Positions 37,186-46,255 of a stretch of 64,000 nt of DNA are shown here, in pieces; position 1 is the first letter of the stretch; each line of letters opens with the position of its first letter. Source of the DNA: Candidatus Saccharimonadota bacterium (GTDB taxonomy: Bacteria; Patescibacteriota; Saccharimonadia; Saccharimonadales; AWTP1-31); NCBI GenBank assembly GCA_052034955.1, contig JBPOHZ010000003.1, forward strand, positions 64,659 to 128,658. Direction: 5' to 3'. The position numbers were made by a program, and so were the translations under genes. Below the pieces are notes generated by a model. It had not been told where the DNA came from. It made no database searches and saw nothing but the letters and a program-made list of their open reading frames with translations.

Positions 37186-38013
37186 ATGAGGGATGTTAGC
37201 TTCTCGGTTATAGCCGGTGATAACGACATAGTATCGCTTAGTCACGGGCTAGAGCTAAAGAACGGGTACCTGGTAGATGGTGCGAATGGGGCAAGACATT
37301 TTGTTAAGCCTATTGCCCGACCAGCACTTTGCTTGCTTAGAAATCCCAGTAAGTTCATGTATTGGTTGCAACGTACGGATTGGCTTACCATTAACCAGCA
37401 GTACGAACTAGTAAAATTTATGGATGATATCGGTTGCTTGCGTGTTAAGCGAAGTTTGATTGGTAGGCTTATGATTTGGGCGAGGCGATTGATCTACCGG
37501 CTATACGGCATGGAGGCTAGGCCAAATGCCAGAAGGTTTAAAACTGGTTTTGTGGGTATCTGTAAGGCGGTTGGCAATGGAGTTATGCCTTTGTTGGTCC
37601 TATTAGCAGTGGCTATGTTTGGGGCCTATGGTGCAAACTTTCCAGTGGCTAAGCTCATTTTGGTACATGCCTTTATGCTTGTTACGGTTTACGTGTCCAC
37701 GGTCGTCCACGAGTCAGTGCATTGGATACTGGCATCTCCGTATAGTAATGCCAGCCAGATGTTAGTTCGTGGGCTAAGAATTGGGCTGCTCCATAAGCCA
37801 CTTCCCAAAAGTATAGAGCTTAAGTCGGCAATCTACGGGCCGCTAAGCGGATTATTGGCAGCGGTGTTGATGGCGTTATTGGTCAATGTATCTTTTGACT
37901 CTGCAGTGTACAGTGCCCCGGCAGCTGCCGTAGGAATAGTTCACTTAATGAGTTGGTTGCCTAGTTACGGAGATGGACAGACGCTTAGGAGGATCGGTAA
38001 ACAGAATGCGTAG
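37186..38013 (+). CDS. Membrane protein with HExxH motif (M50 site-2-protease-like / zincin-like)
   Basis: VVHESVHW lies in a predicted TM helix. The downstream LPSYGDG resembles the LDG-type second motif of M50 proteases. The start is 2 nt after the peptide gene. Confidence 0.55.
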   Translation: MRDVSFSVIAGDNDIVSLSHGLELKNGYLVDGANGARHFVKPIARPALCLLRNPSKFMYWLQRTDWLTINQQYELVKFMDDIGCLRVKRSLIGRLMIWARRLIYRLYGMEARPNARRFKTGFVGICKAVGNGVMPLLVLLAVAMFGAYGANFPVAKLILVHAFMLVTVYVSTVVHESVHWILASPYSNASQMLVRGLRIGLLHKPLPKSIELKSAIYGPLSGLLAAVLMALLVNVSFDSAVYSAPAAAVGIVHLMSWLPSYGDGQTLRRIGKQNA

Positions 38014-38755
38014 GAGGCATAGAATAATCCTGACAGTTAATGAGTTAAGGGTTAGACGCAGTAGTAACTTTATATTGTCGGTCCCTTTTCTTAACTTTTT
38101 GCCGGGTACAATAACCTGTCTTGTTGGAGCGAACGGGAGCGGCAAGACCACCTTGGTGGAGGCAGTAGTCGGACTTATTCGGCCTACGCAGGGCGCGGTC
38201 AAAGTTAGTGGCCAAGAGGCGCATCTTGAGATAGCAGAGGTTAAGCGGGCGATCGGTTATATCCCAGACGATGATAGCTGGATTATACCGGAGCTGTCGG
38301 CGGCAGAATACTTCGAACTTCTTGCTAGCAGCCAGTCGGCGCGTTATAGCAAGATAATGCGTGCCGTAAAGGAGCTTGCCGATGAGTTAATGTTTGACAA
38401 TTTCAACTCTCAATTAGGTAGCCTCAGCCATGGTAATAAAAAGAAAGTCCAGATTATTGCCGGCCTAATGCACGATCCGCACTTTATAGTTGTTGACGAA
38501 ATGCGCAACGGTTTGGATCCAATAGCAATAGTTCGCGCCGAGAAGATCCTTAAGCGCCGACAGATAAGTGGCTCGGCAATAATTGCAGCTACTCATGATC
38601 TTTGGTGGGCTGAACGGTTTGCTGACGAGATTGTTATGATCCGCCGGGGACACATAGTTGTTAACGATTACACCAGAAATATAGTGCAAAAATACGGTAG
38701 TTTAGAATCAAGATTTATGGAGCTATACGGTCATGTTGTCCAAGAGACTCATTAG
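38006..38755 (+). CDS. ABC transporter ATP-binding protein
   Basis: Walker A GANGSGKTT, signature LSHGNKKK, Walker B FIVVDEM. ATG 38006 overlaps the upstream stop. Confidence 0.85.
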   Translation: MRRRHRIILTVNELRVRRSSNFILSVPFLNFLPGTITCLVGANGSGKTTLVEAVVGLIRPTQGAVKVSGQEAHLEIAEVKRAIGYIPDDDSWIIPELSAAEYFELLASSQSARYSKIMRAVKELADELMFDNFNSQLGSLSHGNKKKVQIIAGLMHDPHFIVVDEMRNGLDPIAIVRAEKILKRRQISGSAIIAATHDLWWAERFADEIVMIRRGHIVVNDYTRNIVQKYGSLESRFMELYGHVVQETH

Positions 38756-40073
38756 CGCGTTACTAGTTGTTAACTTTTCCGGTGGTTCCAGGCGACCATT
38801 TAGGAGTGCTGTATATAGGATTGGTTTATGCTACCTGATTGCTATTATTGTCGGCAAGAGTTTGGCCCGGGCAGTCAGTCGGGCCGATTTACCACTCGGC
38901 ATACCGACTGGCTATGCACTGGCGATAGTGACTATTTGCGGATATTTATTGTCTGGTCTGATTGCGTTAAGTATTGGTGCGACTAAACTGAGCCAAAATA
39001 GCTCGTTCGAAAAAATTGTTCGTCTAATGCCTATAACCCAAACGTCAAGATGGTTGGCGGGCATCGCTCCAGTTGGTGTTGTTCTTGGTGCGGTCGCCGC
39101 ACTGCTTGTTCAGGTTGCTGTTGCTCTAAGTGCGGGTATGGACCAGCCTACCAACACTATCTGTATATTTCTTTTTCTTGGCATACTGTCGGGCCTAGGG
39201 CTTACACAGCTAACAAGTCCTAGAAGCTTAACAAGTAAAGGAATTGTATTTGTTGCCACATTAATTCTGTCGATCTGGATCGTTGACCATAGTCTTGGTG
39301 CAACGACGTCAATAATTAGGGAGTGGGGAACAAGTTTGGCACTAGGACTAGTGCTCTTACCATTACTTGGTTTTGCCCAAAGCTATATAAACGGATATGA
39401 TCTACCTCCAAATATTAACCGTGTAGAGTTAACCAAGCTTCTACCTACAATTATTCCGGTTCAGCTTTGGCTGTTTGTTAAACTTTTTAGGAATAAAAGA
39501 GTTCGGGGCTCGTTTATCCTGGCGTTGGTAATGAATACCGTTATAGCAACGGTAATTGTCTTGAAGGGTCAGGTATTTAGTGAACCCCGGAGTATTCTGT
39601 TGTTCGGAGCGATCCTTGCAGCAACTTTTTGTACCGAACTCAGGGGCATCTTAAGAAGATATAATCCTCCCGAAATGGTTTTGGTGAGGGGCTTAAATAA
39701 CCTAAACATTCTACATTTAACTGCCTCTTTAGTACTAGGCCTGGTCATTGGTTTGCCCGTCTTCTTTGCATTGAATAGTCAATCCAATAATTCCATATCG
39801 TTCTTGGCGTGGTTTCTGACTTTACAGACATTCTGTTCGTTTGCTGGCCTGATGTCCGGGGTATTATTTGTCCCGTCAAATGGTGAGGTAGGTCAACAGT
39901 TCTTCGCTTCAATTTTGTCCACCAGTATATTGGCTCTATTTTTGAAGCTAAATGACCTTTCGGATCTAAGTAGTTTGCAGCAAAACATAAGATTGGTTAT
40001 AGGTTCCATAGTGTTAGTGGGGTTTGTTTTTGTAATCGAAAGAATAAGGAGTTCAAGTTATGGGAGTGCTTAA
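38733..40073 (+). CDS. Large polytopic membrane protein, putative ABC permease (family not recognised)
   Basis: 446 aa with at least 10 hydrophobic helices. It overlaps the ATPase gene by 23 nt. Confidence 0.65.
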   Translation: MLSKRLISALLVVNFSGGSRRPFRSAVYRIGLCYLIAIIVGKSLARAVSRADLPLGIPTGYALAIVTICGYLLSGLIALSIGATKLSQNSSFEKIVRLMPITQTSRWLAGIAPVGVVLGAVAALLVQVAVALSAGMDQPTNTICIFLFLGILSGLGLTQLTSPRSLTSKGIVFVATLILSIWIVDHSLGATTSIIREWGTSLALGLVLLPLLGFAQSYINGYDLPPNINRVELTKLLPTIIPVQLWLFVKLFRNKRVRGSFILALVMNTVIATVIVLKGQVFSEPRSILLFGAILAATFCTELRGILRRYNPPEMVLVRGLNNLNILHLTASLVLGLVIGLPVFFALNSQSNNSISFLAWFLTLQTFCSFAGLMSGVLFVPSNGEVGQQFFASILSTSILALFLKLNDLSDLSSLQQNIRLVIGSIVLVGFVFVIERIRSSSYGSA

Positions 40074-40374
40074 AAACAGTGATAATACTTTGGTTAAATA
40101 CGCTTTTGGGTTTATGTTTGCAGGAGTGTTGTTGGTATTGGCGATGCTGATTGCTTCAGCATCTAGTCTTGCGAACACAAGCGGCATACGTTCTGTAAGT
40201 ATTGGTCCACTAGACTTGATTAGTTTGTCGAAGCTTCCCGCTGAGGGCGGAGGTAGCCGGGCAAGCATGCAACTTTCTATGTCCGGAATGGCCACCTTTC
40301 TATTTGGGTTAGCAATATTTGGAGTTTGTTTTGGGATGATTCAGAAGCGTACTAGCCGGCCGAGCTATAGATAA
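40060..40374 (+). CDS. Small two-TM membrane protein, last gene of the operon
   Basis: AAGGAG SD. It overlaps the permease gene by 14 nt. 104 aa. Confidence 0.55.
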   Translation: MGVLKNSDNTLVKYAFGFMFAGVLLVLAMLIASASSLANTSGIRSVSIGPLDLISLSKLPAEGGGSRASMQLSMSGMATFLFGLAIFGVCFGMIQKRTSRPSYR

Positions 40375-41635
40375 TCTCTGCTAGATCTTCTGGCATATCG
40401 TGTTTTGCCATTTCTTTGTAGTCATAGTCTTTTGGAATATCGAATTGGTAATTTAGTCCGGGGTAGTTTTGTTTGGCTAGTTGCATGGCGGCCCGTGATT
40501 CTTTGACTTCGCCCACACAATCCAGAGGTTTATCGCCGCTTAATCCAATAAGATTTTCGTAGGTAATAATTAGTGTTGGATCGAGTAGTAAGTTCTTGTG
40601 CCAAATCTTTTCGAGTTCCTGGCGTTCAATAAAAGGAGTAAGTGCCAAAAAGGTAAAGGCACACTTTGGGCATTGGCCGCACCAACTCATGCTTTTGCTA
40701 CCTTGCACGAATGCTCGGTTGCAAGAACTGAATAATGATTTGTATTTGTCAAAGGCATACTTGGCAAAAAGCTCTGCGATCCGAACTTCGCTTAGTGGGC
40801 GTAGGAACGAGTAGTATCTAAGGCTATCTCCAAAATTATCTGCTAGTAGTTTTTGGTAAAGTGTTTCGTAGGCAGAGGACTTTGAATACTGGTGGTTAAT
40901 CTCTACACCGGAGTATTCCAGAGTTGCTTCGTTAGAAGAATTCTCGTTCGATACAACACTGTCGCGGTGACCGCTTAAGATAGCCACGATTGTTCCGACA
41001 CAACTAAATATGGCCGAGATCGGGATGTGTCCATTCAGCGCGCCGTGGTTGGCGAGCTCCATAATTAACGGGTCAATTTTTCGCTCCACCCAATAGTGGG
41101 GAAGTCCAATCTCTTTTACGAGTGGGCTTAGTTGGTCACGGTGTCCGAGTGCCCAGGTTGCAACGTTGGGCCTGCTGCGCAGCAGTTCAACAGTTAACAA
41201 AGAGTCTTTGCCACCACCAATGCCAATCACCAATCCACCATTGGATTTGTGGGTAAGAGGCTTTTGTTCTGGGGCATTAGATACAAATGGAATTTCGGTT
41301 TTGGGGTCCAGTTTGTTGACGTAAAAATATTCACCGAGTCCTTTTTGGTAAACTTCCGACATGTAGGCAGCGGTCTTTTTGTCGAGCTTGCCGTGGTCTA
41401 TCCGGATATTCTCGGTTCGGTAGGCTTTGTAATAAGAGACTCCGGCCAAAAAGAATAAGTGACTAAAGGCTCGGTCTAGGACTTCTGGGTCGTGGTGGCT
41501 AGGGGCAAAGTCAAAGATAAATTGTTCTTCGAAGCTCAGTTTGTCGTCAAAACCGTATCGAAGTTTTAAGGTCCGAGAAGCTTTATCGTAGGCATAGCCT
41601 TGAAATACAAATGTTTGATAACTCGGCTTGCTCAT
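40352..41635 (-). CDS. PP-loop (GGGKDS) ATP-utilising protein coupled to murD; candidate MurL-type UDP-MurNAc-L-Ala-L-Glu epimerase
   Basis: VIGIGGGKDSLL PP-loop-like motif and a Cys cluster WCGQCPKC. ATGA overlap with the murD stop. Confidence 0.45.
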   Translation of the reverse strand: MSKPSYQTFVFQGYAYDKASRTLKLRYGFDDKLSFEEQFIFDFAPSHHDPEVLDRAFSHLFFLAGVSYYKAYRTENIRIDHGKLDKKTAAYMSEVYQKGLGEYFYVNKLDPKTEIPFVSNAPEQKPLTHKSNGGLVIGIGGGKDSLLTVELLRSRPNVATWALGHRDQLSPLVKEIGLPHYWVERKIDPLIMELANHGALNGHIPISAIFSCVGTIVAILSGHRDSVVSNENSSNEATLEYSGVEINHQYSKSSAYETLYQKLLADNFGDSLRYYSFLRPLSEVRIAELFAKYAFDKYKSLFSSCNRAFVQGSKSMSWCGQCPKCAFTFLALTPFIERQELEKIWHKNLLLDPTLIITYENLIGLSGDKPLDCVGEVKESRAAMQLAKQNYPGLNYQFDIPKDYDYKEMAKHDMPEDLAEIIYSSAG

Positions 41636-42978
41636 AGATCATTTACGGCAGCCTTAAACTGAAGCCCACGATCTTCGAAATCTTTAAACATATCAAAGCT
41701 AGCAAAGCCTGGCGAGAATAAAACAGCATCTCCGGGTTGGGCGGCATTACGGGCGGTCATAACAATGTTAATCATTTCTTTAGCTGGCTGTAGCAGATAG
41801 TTATTGAACCCTAGCTTATCTAACTCGGCCTGGATTTTAGGACCGGTCTGCCCAATCAAGATTACTTTTCTGAATTCATTTGCATGTTCAACTATTAGCT
41901 CTGCAAACTGTTCGATGCTATAGCCTCTAAAATATCCACCAACAATTAAAACTTTAGGGGAATTTATTGCCTTAACGGCTGCGGTGGTAGCACCGATTGC
42001 AGTAGCGAATGAATCGTTATAGTAGTTAACGCCATTGAATTGCCTGACTAGCTCAATGCGGTGCGGCAGACCCTTGAATTCGTTTACGGCTTTAGTGATT
42101 ATGCCCGGATCTTGTCCAATTAGGTCCCAGGTTGCTGTAATAGCGGCGCAAGTATTTTGAAGGTTGTGACGACCTAGTAGTGCTACGTCATTTGTCTTGC
42201 AGACCAACTGGTCGTCCATATAGATACTATCGCCTAAGACATAGGCACCCTCTTTTTGTGAGGGCTGTTGGTTGGGTTCTGGAACCTCGTAAGATAATTT
42301 AAAGGCTGGCGAAACACTTGCCACGCGCTCCGATAGATCGCTTAGACGGTTATAAACTGCAAAGTCTTCTTCTGTCTGGTGTCGGAACATATTTTGCTTG
42401 GCTAAAACATATTCTTCGACTCCGCCGTGCCAGTCTAGGTGTTCGGGGACTACCATCAGGCAAACGGCAACTTTTGGCGAAACCTTTAGATCGATTAGTT
42501 GGAAGTTGGCTAGCTCTAGCACAACCCAGTCACTGGGCTGGATGTTCCAACTTAGCATTTCCAGAGGGGCGATACCGATATTGCCACCCAGGTGTACCTT
42601 GTGGCCAGCGGTTTCGATAATCTTAGCGATAAGGCTGGACGTTGTGCCTTTTCCCTTAGTACCGGTTACTCCAATTATTGGGGCGGGGCATTGACGGATG
42701 AATTCTTCGGTAACAGTTGTTACTTTGGCTAAGATATCATTACTGTTAGCGGCGGCGATGTCACGCGGGTGAAGTCCGGGCGTGCGAATCAACAAATCAA
42801 ACAGATCTAAGTTCTTTAGGTAATCATCCCCAAGCTGACTTTGGACATCATTAGGTAGGTCGATGTCAGTCTTTTTATCACAAATTGTGATTTGGTTGCT
42901 ACCTCTCCAATATTGGTAAGCTGCGCGGCCTTGTCTGTCGTAGCCTAGGATTGCAATTCTCATCCCTCTATCATACAC
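41632..42978 (-). CDS. murD: UDP-N-acetylmuramoyl-L-alanine--glutamate ligase (MurD family)
   Basis: MRIAILGYDRQG Rossmann-like N-terminus and Mur ligase P-loop GVTGTKGKGTT. The start may be ATG 42963. Confidence 0.85.
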   Translation of the reverse strand: MYDRGMRIAILGYDRQGRAAYQYWRGSNQITICDKKTDIDLPNDVQSQLGDDYLKNLDLFDLLIRTPGLHPRDIAAANSNDILAKVTTVTEEFIRQCPAPIIGVTGTKGKGTTSSLIAKIIETAGHKVHLGGNIGIAPLEMLSWNIQPSDWVVLELANFQLIDLKVSPKVAVCLMVVPEHLDWHGGVEEYVLAKQNMFRHQTEEDFAVYNRLSDLSERVASVSPAFKLSYEVPEPNQQPSQKEGAYVLGDSIYMDDQLVCKTNDVALLGRHNLQNTCAAITATWDLIGQDPGIITKAVNEFKGLPHRIELVRQFNGVNYYNDSFATAIGATTAAVKAINSPKVLIVGGYFRGYSIEQFAELIVEHANEFRKVILIGQTGPKIQAELDKLGFNNYLLQPAKEMINIVMTARNAAQPGDAVLFSPGFASFDMFKDFEDRGLQFKAAVNDL

Positions 42979-42988
42979 GATCTAGGGG

Positions 42989-43372
42989 TTAAGCTTTATT
43001 GATTGTCGATTGTTTTTTGACGAGTTCGGCGACTTGACGAGGGGTCATATCTGCCTTAAGGACCACAGCGCTAACACCAAGCTTGTTAACCGAGTCAGGA
43101 ATTTCTTGCTCGCCCATGTTAGTTAAAATAATCACCTGAGTTTTTGCTCCCCAGGTGGTTTTACGCATTTCGGCCAACATTTGGTCGCCAGTCATCTCTG
43201 GCATCATTAGATCTAAGAGGATAATATCTGGGTTCATCTGCTCGCACAGCTGAAGCCCTAACTTACCGTTTTCTGCAGTTTCAACGTCGAATCCTTCGGA
43301 CTGGAATTTGATCCGATACATTTGGCTGATTGCCTGGTCATCTTCGATGATCGCCACTTTGACTGCTGCCAT
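42989..43372 (-). CDS. Single-domain response regulator (receiver only)
   Basis: IIEDD, ILLDLMMPEMTG and LKADMTP receiver motifs. 127 aa with no output domain. Confidence 0.85.
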   Translation of the reverse strand: MAAVKVAIIEDDQAISQMYRIKFQSEGFDVETAENGKLGLQLCEQMNPDIILLDLMMPEMTGDQMLAEMRKTTWGAKTQVIILTNMGEQEIPDSVNKLGVSAVVLKADMTPRQVAELVKKQSTINKA

Positions 43373-43494
43373 ATAGCAATAGTAGTTTAAGTTACGCTTA
43401 AAAACAACTAAAACACATTATAGTTAGTTATCTATCCATTTTCTGCATCTGTTTGTTCCTTTCTTTTTACTCAGGCTTACTTTATGATTTTAGA

Positions 43495-44355
43495 ATGTCA
43501 AAGAGTATAACAGTCGGCTATCTTGGAGTCCCTGGGTCATATAGTCATACCGCCGCCAGTCAGCAATATCCCGAAGCCGATTTAATGGGGTTCCCGAATT
43601 TTAAACAAATATTCCGAGCTGTCCACGATCTGGAAGTAGATTTTGGAGTTGTACCGATAGAAAACTCTCTGGCTGGGCTAATATATGAGAACTACGATAA
43701 TCTTCAGGAGTTTAAACCCTTTATCGTTGGCGAGCACTACCTAAAAGTAGAGCACAATCTGGTGGCTACTAAAAGCACTTTGCAGGCTTACAAAAAAGAC
43801 CCGAACTGTCTTGAAACCATTTATTCGCACACCAAGGCTATAGAGCAGTGTGATGCTTTCCTGGCGAACTTAAACGGAGTTAAGATACAGGAATATGGCG
43901 ATACCGGAAGTGCTGCAAAATTTATTGCCGAAAATCCGGAGCAGCTCTTAGCGGCAATAAGTAGCAAGGATGCGTGCCGGGAATACGGCCTAGAGATTCT
44001 AGAATCAAATATAGAAAATGACTCCGCCAACTTTACTCGTTTTATTACTATTGCCAATAATTCTGACAGTAAAAAGAACATGACAAATAAATGTACTGTC
44101 ATGGTAAGACTAAAACATGAAGTTGGATCGTTGTATCGATTCTTGGGATTGTTACAAAAGGACGGATGCAACCTAACAAAGATAGAATCACGCATGGTAG
44201 TTGGAAGCCCTTTTGAGTATGTTTTTTATGTAGATTTTCTATACCAAGCCAGTAACTGTGACGTCGATAAAATATTATCTGACATGTCTCAAGAATCAAT
44301 CAAGATAGATCTTCTGGGACAGTACATCGCTGAGAGTTTTAATAAACAATCTTAG
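43495..44355 (+). CDS. pheA: Prephenate dehydratase with C-terminal ACT domain
   Basis: VGYLGVPGSYSHTAA, VPIENSLAGLI and SHTKAIEQC motifs. ACT region TRFITI...ESR. Confidence 0.85.
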   Translation: MSKSITVGYLGVPGSYSHTAASQQYPEADLMGFPNFKQIFRAVHDLEVDFGVVPIENSLAGLIYENYDNLQEFKPFIVGEHYLKVEHNLVATKSTLQAYKKDPNCLETIYSHTKAIEQCDAFLANLNGVKIQEYGDTGSAAKFIAENPEQLLAAISSKDACREYGLEILESNIENDSANFTRFITIANNSDSKKNMTNKCTVMVRLKHEVGSLYRFLGLLQKDGCNLTKIESRMVVGSPFEYVFYVDFLYQASNCDVDKILSDMSQESIKIDLLGQYIAESFNKQS

Positions 44356-45412
44356 CTAGTTCATCTAAGAGTGTTTGGTTTTGCTGAGGAGTTCCTACAG
44401 ATATTCTTAGATGCTCAGGCAGTCCATATTCTTGCAATGGCCTTACAATAATCCCGGCTTTGAGTAGTTTATCGGCCACAGCTAAAGGATTGTTGATTCT
44501 AATTGTCACAAAGTTACCATGGCTCGGAATCATCTCGAGACCTAGTTCGGCAATTCTGTTACAAAGAGTATTTAGGCCAAGAGTGTTTTGATTTTTACTA
44601 AACTTTGCGTGCTTTTGGTCGTCTAGGGCGGCTATAGCCGACATCATACCAACAGAGTTAGCATTAAACGGTTGACGGGCTACATTCAGCTGGCTAATTA
44701 TTTCTGTACTGGCCATTCCGTAGCCAATACGTAGACCAGCTAAACCGTAGATTTTAGAAAAAGTGCGGACAATAACAAGATTAGGAAATTCTTTGAGCCA
44801 CAGAGTAGTATCTATAGAATCAGACTCTTCCAGATATTCATAGTAAGCTTCATCTAGTACTACTACGATATCCTTCGGGATAGAACTTATGAAGCTTTTG
44901 AGCATAGGGTAATCTATAAATGTGCCGGTTGGATTATTGGGGTTAGCTATCCAGATAACTCCGGTGTTGCTAGTAATGGCTTTTGTAAAACCATCAAGAT
45001 CATGTCCGTAATCTTTAGCTTCAATTACAATTGGCTTAGCGTGAGCCATTTTGGTTACTAAACCATACACTATAAAGGCGTACTGAGAATATATCGAAGA
45101 TTTTGAGTCGTCTAAAAATACACGGGCAATCAAATCAAGCACGTCGTTTGAGCCGTTGCCGATTATAATTTGGCTAGAGCTAATTCCGTGGTAACTGGCA
45201 AGTTTACTAAGTAACTTGGACTGGTCTGGATAGCGGCCAATTTCTAAACTGTCTAGCGCTTTAAGTATCTTTGGGCTAGGGCCATAAGGATTTTCATTTG
45301 ATGCTAACTTAATTATCTTGTCTTCATCTAAATTATGAAGTTTGGCTAGTTCCTCAATAGACATACCTGGTTTGTAGGGGTTTAGACCGTCGATGGTTTT
45401 ACTTGCTTTCAT
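44339..45412 (-). CDS. hisC: Histidinol-phosphate/aromatic aminotransferase (class II)
   Basis: LASNENPYGPSP, DEAYYEY and FSKIYGLAGLRIGY (PLP Lys) motifs. Confidence 0.85.
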   Translation of the reverse strand: MKASKTIDGLNPYKPGMSIEELAKLHNLDEDKIIKLASNENPYGPSPKILKALDSLEIGRYPDQSKLLSKLASYHGISSSQIIIGNGSNDVLDLIARVFLDDSKSSIYSQYAFIVYGLVTKMAHAKPIVIEAKDYGHDLDGFTKAITSNTGVIWIANPNNPTGTFIDYPMLKSFISSIPKDIVVVLDEAYYEYLEESDSIDTTLWLKEFPNLVIVRTFSKIYGLAGLRIGYGMASTEIISQLNVARQPFNANSVGMMSAIAALDDQKHAKFSKNQNTLGLNTLCNRIAELGLEMIPSHGNFVTIRINNPLAVADKLLKAGIIVRPLQEYGLPEHLRISVGTPQQNQTLLDELAKIVY

Positions 45413-46143
45413 ATTGGATTGTCCTTTTTTGATTGATCAATTTCGGCCTGTAGCTCTGTAAATGTGTCTGCCACTTGGTTGGTTATATTGCGTGCGTAAG
45501 GGTTGCCATTGATGATGGTCATAAATAAGTCATCAGAATGCTTTTTATCGATATCTATAAGATCTAGAATTTTACTAAAAGAGGGAGTTACAAATGCGTG
45601 CTCATCAACATTAAGCATCGACAAGCCCCGGGCTACAAAGAATGTTAAGGCATGGACCTTGGACATGACTTTGTCGTGTTCATCGGCTGTCATGTTTATA
45701 ACTTCTAAACCTAACTTGTCTTCGAGGAATCCGGTGATGTCAGCAGCTAGTTGGCCTTCAGATTTAGTGACTATAATCTTATTATTTTCTCCGCCTGGGA
45801 TGTAACTCTGTGGTCCAAACAACGGGTGGCTCAACAGCAAGTTGGGATGGCCAGGAAGATATTCATTTATCAATGATTCCGGTACGACTTTAACGGAGCA
45901 GATATCTACTATTAACTGATCTGGCTTTATTACCATTTTTAGTTTGTTAAGTAGTGTTCGGTAGGAGCTAAGTGGAACAGCCAAAACTAACACATCACAT
46001 TCGGCAACTTCTTGGAATGTATTGGACTTTGGATCGAGTGGGTCATACGCCAAATAGGTAAGTGACTCTGGTAAATTGTCTATTACGAACTTCCCAAAGC
46101 TACCTAAACCGTAAACACCAACCTTCAAATCTTTATTACTCAT
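45409..46143 (-). CDS. tyrA: Prephenate dehydrogenase
   Basis: VGVYGLGSFGKF dinucleotide fold, HPLFGP motif, and ATGA-type coupling to the aminotransferase gene. Confidence 0.75.
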   Translation of the reverse strand: MSNKDLKVGVYGLGSFGKFVIDNLPESLTYLAYDPLDPKSNTFQEVAECDVLVLAVPLSSYRTLLNKLKMVIKPDQLIVDICSVKVVPESLINEYLPGHPNLLLSHPLFGPQSYIPGGENNKIIVTKSEGQLAADITGFLEDKLGLEVINMTADEHDKVMSKVHALTFFVARGLSMLNVDEHAFVTPSFSKILDLIDIDKKHSDDLFMTIINGNPYARNITNQVADTFTELQAEIDQSKKDNPI

Positions 46144-46255
46144 AAATATCAGTTTAGTTTACATGCCATTGTTTGTAAAAATTCTGTATCTGTTTTCTGA
46201 CTGTTTTTAGGATATGATGCGATATACTGGAGCTACATACAAATTAGGAGATAAA

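Noticed and set aside
46144-46255. Possible T-box riboswitch upstream of tyrS
   Set aside because: The intergenic region is only 112 nt, which is too short for a T-box leader. I saw no specifier-loop/terminator architecture.
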